From Candidatus Marinacidobacterales bacterium (GTDB lineage Bacteria > Acidobacteriota > Vicinamibacteria > Marinacidobacterales > SMYC01): a stretch of 64,000 nucleotides of DNA. The notes beneath the pieces were generated by a model. It worked only from the letters and a program-made list of their open reading frames with translations. It was not told the origin of the DNA and did not search any database. The translations under genes were made by a program, and so were the position numbers. The stretch spans positions 1,148,695-1,212,694 of the forward strand of contig OZ253507.1 in NCBI GenBank assembly GCA_965262245.1, read 5' to 3'. Shown here piece by piece: positions 1 to 9,693 of the stretch. The first letter of the stretch is position 1. Each line of letters begins with the position of its first letter.

Positions 1-1389
1 CTTCCCGCTGATTTGTTGGCCGCCTAGCAACCGCTCGAGCTTGTCCACGGCGAGCGCGGGCAGATTCTTCTCGATGAACAAGCGCGCTAGGACGAGCGTG
101 GCGTCGTCATAGTTTTCGTGGCTTCCGTCGATCTGCTGTAGAAGTTGGATGGCGCGGTCGCCGTCGCCTTGCTGTTTAGCCAGCTTGCCTGCTTCGAAAA
201 AGCGTCCGCTTTGTTCGTAGAGCTCCGAGGCCTTCGAATAGTCCTTGATCTCGTCATACAGCTTCGCGGCCTGCTCGCGGTCGCCGCCTTCTTCGAACAT
301 CGCAGCGGCCTTTTGCTTCTCTCCGGCCCGCAGATAAACCCCGGCCGCCTGCAGAGGCGCGTCACCTTGCTCGTAGGACCTTGCGGCCCCTTCCAGATTG
401 CCCACGGATTCGTAGAGCTCGGCGGCGCGCGGATTGTCGCCGCCTTTGAGGAAATGGTCGGCGGCGGCGGCGTTATCTCCGGCGTGAAAGGCGATCTCTC
501 CGTGCAATAGGGCCGCCCGCTCGATCTCACCGGCCTTTTCAAACATCTCGGCAGCGCCTTCCAGGTTCTCCTCTTTGAGGAGCAACTCCGCGGCGTCCAA
601 GTAGCGACCCTCCTTGGCGGCGAGCTCCGCAGCCTGTCGCGAGAGACCGGCTCGCTTGTAGAGCTCGGCGGCCCGCTCGGGCGCCCCTCCTTGCTCGTAG
701 AGCTTTCCGGCGTACAGAGCGACCCTCGCTTCTCGATCGGAGCCTCCGGCGATGAGCCCCCCACCTCCAACGGAGGCCGATGCTGACCACTGTTGCTCGT
801 AGTTGTGGGCCGCTTTGATATGTTCGCCGAGCTTCTCGAAACACTTGGCGGCTTGCGGAAAATAGGAGACGTCTTCGTAGAGCGTGGCGGCCTTGTCGTA
901 TTGAGCTGCGTCGAAGTAAAGCTTGGCGGCGTCGATTTTCTGTCCGTGCTGCTCGTAGTGTTTCGCAGCTTCCGCGTGTTTGCCGACTTTCACTAGCATC
1001 ATCGCGGCGCGCTTCCAATCTTCGGCTTGGAAGTACATGTCGGCCGCGCGCTCCCACTGCTCGAGCTGCTCGTGGAGCGTGGCGGCGGAGACGTAATCCT
1101 CGGCTCGGATGTACATGTTGATGGCCTCGGGGTACCACTCCGCCTCTTCGTAGAGGCGCGCCGCTCCTGCGAGGTCGCCTCCTTTCTCGAGCCGTTTGAT
1201 CTCTCGCTCGAAGCGCCGAAGCTGGAGCTGCTCGGCTCCGGGAAGCTTTTCGAGGAAGCGGTCCCAGTGACCGGTTTCCTTGAGTTTTTCGATCCCTTTC
1301 TTGGCGGCGGCGTAGACGGCGAGGATGGCGACTAGGATCAAACCGAGATCCACGACGGGCGCTGGAAGGATGCTCTTCAGGAAGTCCAT
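1..1389 (-). CDS. Membrane-anchored TPR-like repeat protein (3' part outside window)
   Basis: Absent from the ORF track because it runs off the edge. Manual translation from ATG 1389: MDFLKSILPAPVVDLGLILVAILAVYAAAKK (TM helix), then many helical repeats such as AARLYEEAE, AADMYFQAE, AAEMFEKAG. Confidence 0.8.
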   Translation of the reverse strand, partial: MDFLKSILPAPVVDLGLILVAILAVYAAAKKGIEKLKETGHWDRFLEKLPGAEQLQLRRFEREIKRLEKGGDLAGAARLYEEAEWYPEAINMYIRAEDYVSAATLHEQLEQWERAADMYFQAEDWKRAAMMLVKVGKHAEAAKHYEQHGQKIDAAKLYFDAAQYDKAATLYEDVSYFPQAAKCFEKLGEHIKAAHNYEQQWSASASVGGGGLIAGGSDREARVALYAGKLYEQGGAPERAAELYKRAGLSRQAAELAAKEGRYLDAAELLLKEENLEGAAEMFEKAGEIERAALLHGEIAFHAGDNAAAADHFLKGGDNPRAAELYESVGNLEGAARSYEQGDAPLQAAGVYLRAGEKQKAAAMFEEGGDREQAAKLYDEIKDYSKASELYEQSGRFFEAGKLAKQQGDGDRAIQLLQQIDGSHENYDDATLVLARLFIEKNLPALAVDKLERLLGGQQISGK

Positions 1390-1466
1390 GTATCGAATCG
1401 TCGAACTAGAGCGACGAAACCCCAAATACAAGTTGTCGAGAGGGGTCTCGCGGGAGAGTTTCAAGC

Positions 1467-1495
1467 ATTGTCGCACTGGCACAGAGGAATGTCAA
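1467..1495 (-). promoter_or_regulatory. sigma70-type promoter for the TPR gene
   Basis: TTGACA-17nt-GACAAT with a TG extended -10 on the minus strand. Confidence 0.55.
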
Positions 1496-1532
1496 AGCGT
1501 CGCGCAGTCATAAGGTTACGGGTGTTCGCGGT

Positions 1533-1562
1533 TTGACAGAGCCTCTTCCCGACGTTTAGCAT
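1533..1562 (+). promoter_or_regulatory. sigma70-type promoter for the ATPase gene (divergent)
   Basis: TTGACA-18nt-TAGCAT, 7 nt before GTG 1570. Confidence 0.55.
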
Positions 1563-1569
1563 AAAGTCG

Positions 1570-3228
1570 GTGTTTTCACCCCAAGAAGAAAGGACGAGAC
1601 GGTTGAGCGAGACCGAAAGCGCGCTCGGGCACGCAACCGGCGCCGCGGCGCAGGAAGAAGAGCTCGCGAAAGCGAGGCGCCTCGCCCAGGAGCTCGGATT
1701 CGCATTCGTCGACCTGACGGGGTTTCGTGAGAACTTGTCCGTGTGGCAGCAGATCCCCATGGACTCCATGCTGCGCTACCGGATCGTCCCGCTTCGGGAG
1801 CAAGACGGAAGCGTCGTGGTGGCGGTGGCCGAGCCCGAGCCCGAGCGTTATCGAGAGCTCGACGAGCTCGAGCTCACCCTGGGCCGGCCGCTCGAGATCG
1901 AGGTCGCCGCCGCGTTCCAGATCGAGGCGATCCTGGCACGCAACCGGAGCTCGAGCTTCTTGCTCGACAAAGCTTCCGAGGAGCTCAAGCTCGAGCTCGT
2001 CTCCGAAGATGACGAAGAGCACGAGGAGCTCGACAGGGCGTCTGAGACATCGAGCCCCATCATCAAGCTCGTTCACTCGCTCTTGCTCAACGGTATCGAG
2101 CGCCGTGCGAGCGACATTCACATCGAGACAAAAGAAGAGAAAGTATTCCTGAAATATCGCATCGATGGGGTTCTCTACCCCGCGATGGATCCGGTCGAAC
2201 GCCAGCATCACAGAGCGATCGTCTCGAGGCTCAAGGTGATGGCTGAGCTCGACGTCGCCGAGAAACGGGTCCCTCAGGACGGCCGCTTCAAGCTCAAGAT
2301 TCGATCGCGCCCGATCGATTTCCGCGTCTCGATCATGCCGAGTATCTATGGCGAAGATGTCGTCATCCGGATCCTGGACAAGGAGTCCATCAGCGAACAG
2401 TTCTCGGAACTTCGGCTCGAGCTGCTCGGGTTTCCCGATCATGAGCTGAAGCGATTTCGAAAGTTCATCCACGAGCCCTATGGCATGGTGCTCGTTACCG
2501 GACCAACCGGAAGCGGCAAGACGACGACGCTCTATGCGGCGCTCTCCGAAATCGCCACACAGGAACAGAAGATTGTTACCATCGAAGACCCTGTCGAGTA
2601 TCGGCTACCGAACATTACGCAAATTCCCGTGAACGAGAAGAAAGGTCTGACGTTCGCTCGAGGCTTGAGATCGGTGCTACGTCACGATCCGGACACGATC
2701 ATGGTCGGTGAAGTGCGTGATGGCGAGACCGCGCAGATCGCGGTGCAGGCGGCTTTGACGGGCCACCTCATGTTCACGACCGTTCACGCGAACAACGCCT
2801 TCGATGTCATCGGCCGGTTCCTGCATATGGGTGTCGAGCCTTATAACTTCGTGTCCGCGCTGAATTGCGTCATGGCACAGCGTCTCGTGCGCAGCATTTG
2901 CGGCGGATGTCGTGAGCCGGCTGCCGTGAGCTCGGCGGAGCTCGACCTGTCGGGGCTCGAGAGTGCCGATCGCGATCGCGAGTTCTTCGTCGGTCGCGGA
3001 TGCTACAAGTGTCACGGGACGGGCTTTTACGGGCGCACGGCGGTGTGCGAGCTTCTGAGTCTCAACGACCGTCTGCGCCAGCTCATTCTCGAGAGACGCA
3101 GCAGCGCTGAGCTCAAACATGCGTCCGAGGAAGGTGGCATGACGCCGCTGCGCACGCAAGCCCTCGAAAAAGTCTTTGCCGGTATCACGACACTCGCCGA
3201 CATCAACAAAGTCACCTTCGTCGAGTAG
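1570..3228 (+). CDS. GspE/PulE/PilB family secretion/pilus assembly ATPase
   Basis: Walker A GPTGSGKT, IEDPVE, RHDPDTIMVGEVRD, TGHLMFTTVH, tetracysteine CGGC/CYKC. Confidence 0.93.
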   Translation: MFSPQEERTRRLSETESALGHATGAAAQEEELAKARRLAQELGFAFVDLTGFRENLSVWQQIPMDSMLRYRIVPLREQDGSVVVAVAEPEPERYRELDELELTLGRPLEIEVAAAFQIEAILARNRSSSFLLDKASEELKLELVSEDDEEHEELDRASETSSPIIKLVHSLLLNGIERRASDIHIETKEEKVFLKYRIDGVLYPAMDPVERQHHRAIVSRLKVMAELDVAEKRVPQDGRFKLKIRSRPIDFRVSIMPSIYGEDVVIRILDKESISEQFSELRLELLGFPDHELKRFRKFIHEPYGMVLVTGPTGSGKTTTLYAALSEIATQEQKIVTIEDPVEYRLPNITQIPVNEKKGLTFARGLRSVLRHDPDTIMVGEVRDGETAQIAVQAALTGHLMFTTVHANNAFDVIGRFLHMGVEPYNFVSALNCVMAQRLVRSICGGCREPAAVSSAELDLSGLESADRDREFFVGRGCYKCHGTGFYGRTAVCELLSLNDRLRQLILERRSSAELKHASEEGGMTPLRTQALEKVFAGITTLADINKVTFVE

Positions 3229-3400
3229 CCACCTGAATCCTTACTAGCACTCGTCCTCCTTGGCTGCTAGTCGACAACTTTTGATCTTGTACCTGTTTGG
3301 GACATTTTTGGTCATCCTTTTCTACCCGCGTGAAATTGCAGTTCAAGTCCAAGTGTCTTCTTTTCAATAGCTTCTGCGCGTCTTTGCCCTGGCGGCTCTT

Positions 3401-3415
3401 GTGCACGCAAATTGC
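3401..3415 (+). promoter_or_regulatory. sigma54-like -24/-12 element (imperfect)
   Basis: GTGCACGCAAATTGC vs consensus TGGCACGnnnnTTGC; AT-rich upstream region; SD AAGGAGG before ATG 3454. Confidence 0.35.
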
Positions 3416-3453
3416 ATTCAAAAAGAGTAATCGCTCGAAAGGAGGCAAACATC

Positions 3454-4028
3454 ATGGACACTCTTCTGCACTCAGAAACCCCCGTGGAATATTTCAAAGA
3501 GGTTGTGGAGAAAGTGATGGCCCGCCAAAATTTTCGATCGAGCGAGCTCTCCTCCTACTATCTCGTGAAGCTCCTCGATAACTTCGTCGCGCTCGACCAA
3601 TGTGAAGCCGGTCCGCGAGCGACGCTCGCCGAACTTTATTGCGAGGCTCTTCAAAGCCACGGCCGCGAGCGTTTCGCAAAACTCAAGCTCACCGGCGATG
3701 TCGCGCTCTTTGTCTCCGGCTTCTTTGCCGACAGCATCGTGCGCCGCCGCGTGGAGCTCGACTACTATATGCGCATGGGAGGTACGGCTTATGGGCGCGC
3801 CGCACAGATCAGCCCTCGCGATTCCGCGGCGATGTTCGCAGAGCTCTCCAAGAAGTTTCGCCGCTTCGTGGACGTTTTGAACGAGGTCAGTGAAAAAGTG
3901 CACTCACGGATGCACCCTCGATCTTGCGCCTCTATGGGCGTTGGCTCGAATCGGGAAGCGAACGAAGCAAAAGGCTTCTAGAGCGCGAAGGGATCCTTCT
4001 CGACCGCTCCGCCAAGCAGATGCACTAG
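3454..4028 (+). CDS. Conserved hypothetical protein (gene A of pair); apparent frameshift near 3895
   Basis: Strong SD; motifs GDVALFVSGFF, YYMRMGGTAY, FVDVLNEVSE. After the A-run at ~3895 another frame continues ..ILRLYGRWLESGSERSKRLLEREGI..QMH to TAG 4026-4028. Confidence 0.7.
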
Positions 4029-5529
4029 CAGCCCGTTGAAAAAGTCGTATCCGGTCGCGATATTTCTCTGAAGACTCATTCGATGACGATGTAAAATTGC
4101 ATCGCATGTCGATGAAGAAGAAAAAGAAAAGTTGCCAAGAGACTTTATGGATTCCACACGATGCGGTTGCGTCGAGTCCTGGTCATCCTTTTTATGAGGA
4201 ACTCGAGCGGGTACTTCGAGAGGAAGAGTTTGACTCGTTTGTGGAGTCGAAATGCTCGCCGTATTACGCGAAGAAGCAAGGTCGGCCGAGCATACCGCCG
4301 GGTGTGTATTTTCGAATGCTGTTGATCGGCTACTTTGAGCGCATCGATTCAGAGCGCGGGATCTGCTGGCGGTGTTCGGACTCACTGTCTTTGCGCCAGT
4401 TTCTTGGCCTTGGAATGGAAGAGCGAACGCCGGACCATTCGTCGCTGTCTCGGATACGGAATCGACTTCCGCTGGAAGTTCACGAATCTGTATTTGGATG
4501 GGTGCTAGAAGTTCTAGCGTCGAGAGGGATGATAGATGGCAAGACACTGGGTGTGGATGCGACGACGCTGGAAGCGAATGCGGCGCTTCGGTCAATCGTT
4601 CGTCGAGACACGGGGGAAAGCTACGAATCGTATTTGAAGGAGCTTGCGCGCAAGAGTGGTATCGAAGAGCCGAGCCGAGCGGACATTGCAAAGTTGGACA
4701 AGAAGCGGCCAAAGAAAGGGTCGAACAAGGAGTGGGTGAATCCGAACGAGCCGGATGCGGAGATCATGAAAATGAAGAGCGGGGGCACGGATATGGCGCA
4801 CAAAGCCGAGCATGCTGTGGACATGAGCGGGGAAGGTGCGGTAATTGCCGTGACGCTTCACGGAGGCGCGAAGGGTGACACAAAGAGCCTACCGGATACG
4901 CTGGAAAAAGCGCAGTCAAATCTGCAAGAGCTCGCGAACAACGCGGAATGTTGTGAACGAATACATGAAGACGCGGGTCGCGAAGTGGTCGGGGACAAGG
5001 GCTATCACGGCAACGACATCCTGGTTGAGCTGGTTGAACAAGAATACCGGAGCTACATTTCGGAGCCAGAGCGAGGTGGCCGCAAATGGAAGGACAAACA
5101 GGCCGAGCAAGCCGCCACCTACGCGAACCGACGTCGCATTCGCGGGACTCGAGGTAAGCGATTAATACGCCGTCGCGGCGAGTTACTCGAACGACCTTTC
5201 GCGCACTACCTCGAAGCGGGAGGCATGCGACGAACGCATTTGCGAAGACACGAAAATATACTCAAGCGCCTCCTCACGCACGTGGCCGGATTCAATCTCG
5301 GGATTCTGATGCGCAATCTCATCGGCAAGGCCACGCCGAAGGAATACGCGGAGCTCAACGCCAGTCTGATCGCTGCTTTATTGCGCTTCGTCTCGACCAT
5401 AGGCGCACGTTTTGCCCCGCTGCAATCCATCGGGCGTCTCAACTTGGCCGTTCCGCCGAATCACATCTTCCTTGAACTTGCCCACCAAACTTTCTCCGTG
5501 AGCAGAATCTGGACTTTTTCACCGGGCTG
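4029..5529 (+). mobile_element. Insertion sequence, IS1182/IS5-like, ~1.5 kb
   Basis: IRL CAGCCCGTTGAAAAAGTC (4029-4046) and IRR GACTTTTTCACCGGGCTG (5512-5529) match at 17/18; flanked by CTAG (4025-4028 and 5530-5533). Confidence 0.92.
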
Positions 5530-5533
5530 CTAG
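4106..5533 (+). CDS. DDE transposase (IS1182-like)
   Basis: GRPSIPP, DHSSLSRIR, VDATTLEANA, GDKGY, RRGELLERPFAH motifs. Confidence 0.9.
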   Translation: MSMKKKKKSCQETLWIPHDAVASSPGHPFYEELERVLREEEFDSFVESKCSPYYAKKQGRPSIPPGVYFRMLLIGYFERIDSERGICWRCSDSLSLRQFLGLGMEERTPDHSSLSRIRNRLPLEVHESVFGWVLEVLASRGMIDGKTLGVDATTLEANAALRSIVRRDTGESYESYLKELARKSGIEEPSRADIAKLDKKRPKKGSNKEWVNPNEPDAEIMKMKSGGTDMAHKAEHAVDMSGEGAVIAVTLHGGAKGDTKSLPDTLEKAQSNLQELANNAECCERIHEDAGREVVGDKGYHGNDILVELVEQEYRSYISEPERGGRKWKDKQAEQAATYANRRRIRGTRGKRLIRRRGELLERPFAHYLEAGGMRRTHLRRHENILKRLLTHVAGFNLGILMRNLIGKATPKEYAELNASLIAALLRFVSTIGARFAPLQSIGRLNLAVPPNHIFLELAHQTFSVSRIWTFSPGC

Positions 5534-5546
5534 GAGTGCGGAGCTC

Positions 5547-6197
5547 ATGCTCAATTCTATTTTCCGACACATCGATCGTGTTTACGGTCTCGAGCTCGAA
5601 GTCGACATCGAGGACTTTCTGATTTCTTCGGACACGTGCGCTCGTCTCGGCCAGGATTCCGCGCGCGCAGCGGTGCTGGTGCGCGAGGGGCAAAGTCATG
5701 AAGAGCTCGAGCTCGGCGTCTATCTCGGGGAAGAGGCGCTCGACCAGCTTACGGAAATCGACTTGACGACGTCGCTCTGCCCGGCAAGTTTCGAGCTGCT
5801 CGTGACGGCGATCGAAGAGGTCAGCCATTTTGCCTATCTGCACTATAGTGCGTTGCGAGAGAGGCGTGTGACCCAGCTCGAGCTCGAGCTTCAAGCTGAA
5901 GTGGACAAGTTCATCATCACGTGGATGATCCTTCTGGCGTCACGCAATGACGGTGAGCCTCGCAATTTGCTCGACCGGCTCTTTGGCGATTTCGAGATTC
6001 GGCGCGAGCTGGAACCGATGACGCGTGAGCGATACCAAGCCGCGACGTCGCTCGCGGCCCGCTACTGCACTCACGTCGTTCAAGCGGCTCTCTCACGCGA
6101 TCGTCTGAGCGCTCTACTTCCAGAGCTTCGGAGCTTCTACCGTCTCACGCAGCGCGGCAAAATCGGCCGCATCCACAACATCGTCTACGCGGCCTGA
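5547..6197 (+). CDS. Conserved hypothetical protein (gene B of pair)
   Basis: 216-aa ORF with SD GGAG; motif IEEVSHF...ELELQAEVDKF. Confidence 0.75.
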   Translation: MLNSIFRHIDRVYGLELEVDIEDFLISSDTCARLGQDSARAAVLVREGQSHEELELGVYLGEEALDQLTEIDLTTSLCPASFELLVTAIEEVSHFAYLHYSALRERRVTQLELELQAEVDKFIITWMILLASRNDGEPRNLLDRLFGDFEIRRELEPMTRERYQAATSLAARYCTHVVQAALSRDRLSALLPELRSFYRLTQRGKIGRIHNIVYAA

Positions 6198-6226
6198 GCG
6201 TCCGGCTGCGATATACTCGCCCCCGG

Positions 6227-7012
6227 ATGAGACGGGACGTGAGGGCTAAGCTCGTGGAGCGGCGGGCGCTCTCGCCAGATGCCAGCCTTCTTGAGTTCGA
6301 ATCCGACTTTCTTGCGAACGAGCTCCGAGCGGGGCAGTTCACGATGTTGCGCCTGCCCGGCGACGAGAGTTTGTTGCTCCGCCGCCCTTATTCGTTTTGC
6401 GACACCGACGTTGCAGCTGGGCGGTTCAGTCTGCTCGTGAAAGAAGTGGGGCGGGGAACGCGCGCTCTGGCGCGGCTGGTCCCGGGGGACGACGCCGATT
6501 GTCTAGGACCCCTCGGCTCCACTTTCACGATGCCGCCCGACGGTAAACGCCCTGTCGTTGTCGCGGGCGGCGTCGGTATCGCTCCCTTCGTCGCCTTTTG
6601 CCGCGCTTTGAGCTCGGCGGGAAAAGTGGCGGTCGTTCTTCTCGGAGGCCGCACCGCGCATGACCTGTATTTACGCGACGTGTTTCTGGCACTCGGAATG
6701 GATGTCCGCTGTACGACTGAGGATGGCAGCGTGGGCACGAGGGGCCGCGTCACAGCGCTGCTCGACGAGGCGCTCGATGCTGAGACGCAGCTATATTCCT
6801 GCGGCCCGACGCCCATGTTGTTGCGAGTCGCCGAGCTCGCCGCCGCCAAAGGCGTCCCCCACGAGGTCTCGCTCGAGCGACGCATGGGCTGCGGTATGGG
6901 GTGCTGCCTCGGCTGCGTCGTTTATACGAGCGAGTATGTGCGCTCCTGCACTGAAGGCCCCGTCTTCGATGCAAGCACCGTCGCATGGGATCGCGACCCG
7001 CACCCGCTATGA
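6227..7012 (+). CDS. pyrK: Dihydroorotate dehydrogenase electron transfer subunit
   Basis: RRPYS, AGGVGIAP, CGPTPM, MGCGMGCCLGC..C 2Fe-2S motif; adjacent to pyrD. Confidence 0.92.
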   Translation: MRRDVRAKLVERRALSPDASLLEFESDFLANELRAGQFTMLRLPGDESLLLRRPYSFCDTDVAAGRFSLLVKEVGRGTRALARLVPGDDADCLGPLGSTFTMPPDGKRPVVVAGGVGIAPFVAFCRALSSAGKVAVVLLGGRTAHDLYLRDVFLALGMDVRCTTEDGSVGTRGRVTALLDEALDAETQLYSCGPTPMLLRVAELAAAKGVPHEVSLERRMGCGMGCCLGCVVYTSEYVRSCTEGPVFDASTVAWDRDPHPL

Positions 7013-7923
7013 AGCCCGACCTGAGCGTGTCGTTTGCCGGCCTCCGCTTCCGCACGCCGCTCATCGCGGCGAGCGGCACTTTCGGCTACGGGACGGAGTA
7101 TCTCGACGTTGTCGACTACGAAGCCATTGGCGGCATCGCGGTAAAAGGCCTCTACCTCGAGCCTCGCGAAGGCTGCCCGCCGCCTCGGATCTGGGAAACG
7201 CCTTCGGGGATGTTGAATGCGATCGGCCTCCAGGAAGTGGGTATCGAGCGCTTCATCGACGAGAAAATGCCCCGCCTTCGCGAGCTCGGGACGACCGTGC
7301 TCGTCAATATTTGCGGCAGCACTTTGGAGGAATATCAAGAGCTTGCGCACATCCTCGACAGCGTCGACGGTGTCGATGCTATCGAGATGAACATCTCTTG
7401 CCCCAACGTCCACGAGGGTGGGATTCTGTTCGGGTGCGATCCGGTCATGGCGGCGAGGGTGACCGAGGCGGTTCGTTCGCAGACAAAGCTTCCGATCATC
7501 CCAAAGCTCAGTCCGAACGTCACCGACATCACGGTGGTGGCGCGCAGCGTCGAAGCGGCCGGGGCGGATGCGGTCTCCCTCATCAATACGATGCCGGCCA
7601 TGGCAATCGACGTCGAGAGCCGTCGACCCCGGCTCGCGAATATCGTGGGGGGGCTGTCCGGTCCCGCGATTCGTCCCATCGCGGTGCGGATGGTTTACCA
7701 GACAGCGAGAGCTGTGAATATCCCCATCATCGGGGTCGGGGGGATCACGTCACACGAGGACGCGCTCGAGTTCATCCTCGCAGGCGCTTCGGCGGTGCAA
7801 ATCGGCACGATGAGCTTTGTCGACCCGTCCGTGTGGCGACGCACGCTGGACGGGCTAGAGGCCTATTGCGAGCGCCACGACGTCGAGGCGATTTCGGCGC
7901 TGACAGGCGGTGTCGTTTCATGA
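7009..7923 (+). CDS. pyrD: Dihydroorotate dehydrogenase, type 1B catalytic subunit
   Basis: ASGTFGYG, NAIGLQ, NISCPN, KLSPNVTDI, GGLSG. Confidence 0.95.
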   Translation: MKPDLSVSFAGLRFRTPLIAASGTFGYGTEYLDVVDYEAIGGIAVKGLYLEPREGCPPPRIWETPSGMLNAIGLQEVGIERFIDEKMPRLRELGTTVLVNICGSTLEEYQELAHILDSVDGVDAIEMNISCPNVHEGGILFGCDPVMAARVTEAVRSQTKLPIIPKLSPNVTDITVVARSVEAAGADAVSLINTMPAMAIDVESRRPRLANIVGGLSGPAIRPIAVRMVYQTARAVNIPIIGVGGITSHEDALEFILAGASAVQIGTMSFVDPSVWRRTLDGLEAYCERHDVEAISALTGGVVS

Positions 7924-8630
7924 CGACGGAGCTCATCGTTGCTGTCGATGTCGATTCGCTCGACAAGGCCTTGAGACTCCGAGACGAGCTGTCCGACGTA
8001 GTGGATTTGTTCAAGGTCGGCAAAGAGCTCTTCACTGCGGTTGGGCCGCGCATTCTCGACGAGCTGACGGCGAGCCGGGTTTTTCTCGATTTGAAGTTCC
8101 ACGACATCCCGAACACGGTAGCCGGAGCGGTCACTGTTGCGGCGAGCGCAGGCGTGGCTATCGTCGACGTGCACGCGTCGGGAGGCCGCGCGATGATGGA
8201 AGCGGCGTCGGCGGCGGCGCGAAAGAGCGCGGCTAATATGGCAGGTATGGCAGGTCCTCGCGTGTTCGGTGTCACCGTGCTGACGCACCTCGCTGACGAC
8301 GATTTGCGCGAAGTGGGTATCGTGAGCTCGAGCGAGGATCAGGTCGTACGTCTCGCGCGGCTTGCGGCAGCCGCTGGTCTCGATGGGGTGGTGGCTTCGC
8401 CTCTGGAGATCCGAGCGGTGCGGGAGGCGACCGAAGGTCAGCTCGATGTGCTCGTCCCGGGTGTCCGTCCCGCTTGGGCCAGCGCGAGCCACGACCAAAA
8501 ACGCGTCGCAACCCCTGCCGAAGTCGCCCGCGACGGCGCCCGCTACATCGTAGTTGGCCGTGCGATCACGCAGCAAAGCGCTCCGCGCGACGCCGCCAAA
8601 AAGATCCGAGACGAGCTAGAAAACACATGA
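7920..8630 (+). CDS. pyrF: Orotidine-5'-phosphate decarboxylase
   Basis: FLDLKFHDIPNTV, VPGVRP, DQKRVATP, VVGRAI. Confidence 0.95.
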   Translation: MTTELIVAVDVDSLDKALRLRDELSDVVDLFKVGKELFTAVGPRILDELTASRVFLDLKFHDIPNTVAGAVTVAASAGVAIVDVHASGGRAMMEAASAAARKSAANMAGMAGPRVFGVTVLTHLADDDLREVGIVSSSEDQVVRLARLAAAAGLDGVVASPLEIRAVREATEGQLDVLVPGVRPAWASASHDQKRVATPAEVARDGARYIVVGRAITQQSAPRDAAKKIRDELENT

Positions 8631-8881
8631 GTGGCCCGCCGATAGAGATCGAGCTCCTGACCCGGCCAGGCTGCCACCTGTGCGACGAGATGAAGCAAGT
8701 CCTAGAGGAAGCTTCGAAAAGCCTAAACATCGACCTGAGAGAGATCGACATAACGGACGACCCAGCGCTGGCCAAGCGCTACGGCGAAGAGATCCCCGTG
8801 CTGTTTATCAACGGAAGCAAAGCCTTCAAACACCGCGCGAATGTTCCCGACCTAAGAAAGCGTCTCCAAAAAGAGACCTGA
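8627..8881 (+). CDS. Glutaredoxin-like protein (DUF836-type)
   Basis: TRPGCHLCD, DITDDP..YGEEIPVL. Confidence 0.85.
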   Translation: MSGPPIEIELLTRPGCHLCDEMKQVLEEASKSLNIDLREIDITDDPALAKRYGEEIPVLFINGSKAFKHRANVPDLRKRLQKET

Positions 8882-8890
8882 ATGCTGCAT

Positions 8891-8925
8891 GAAAAGTCCC
8901 GCGACGCGAAGCGTCACGGGACTTT
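8891..8925 (-). terminator. Intrinsic terminator after pal (between convergent genes)
   Basis: 15-bp stem AAAGTCCCGTGACGC/GCGTCGCGGGACTTT followed by T's on the minus strand. Confidence 0.7.
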
Positions 8926-8931
8926 CCAGAC

Positions 8932-9501
<570 letters not shown>

Positions 9502-9626
9502 TTACTCACCTCCTGCGCGAAATCTGTTCATCTTGCTTCTCTCGTCCATCGCGCAGTCTACTCTATGGATTGTCGAGAAGCGTGTGTCTACTCAGCCAAC
9601 AAGGTAGGACCCTCGATTGGAGCGAT

Positions 9627-9656
9627 AGTCTAATCGCGTAAAGCGCAACTTGTCAA
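9627..9656 (-). promoter_or_regulatory. sigma70-type promoter for pal
   Basis: TTGACA-18nt-TAGACT. Confidence 0.55.
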
Positions 9657-9693
9657 TGGCGGGGAAAAAAAGTGAGATGAGCCGTCGAGGGGG

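Noticed and set aside
87..1335. Listed ORFs in 1-1400
   Set aside because: Shadow frames of the real TPR-like gene on the minus strand.
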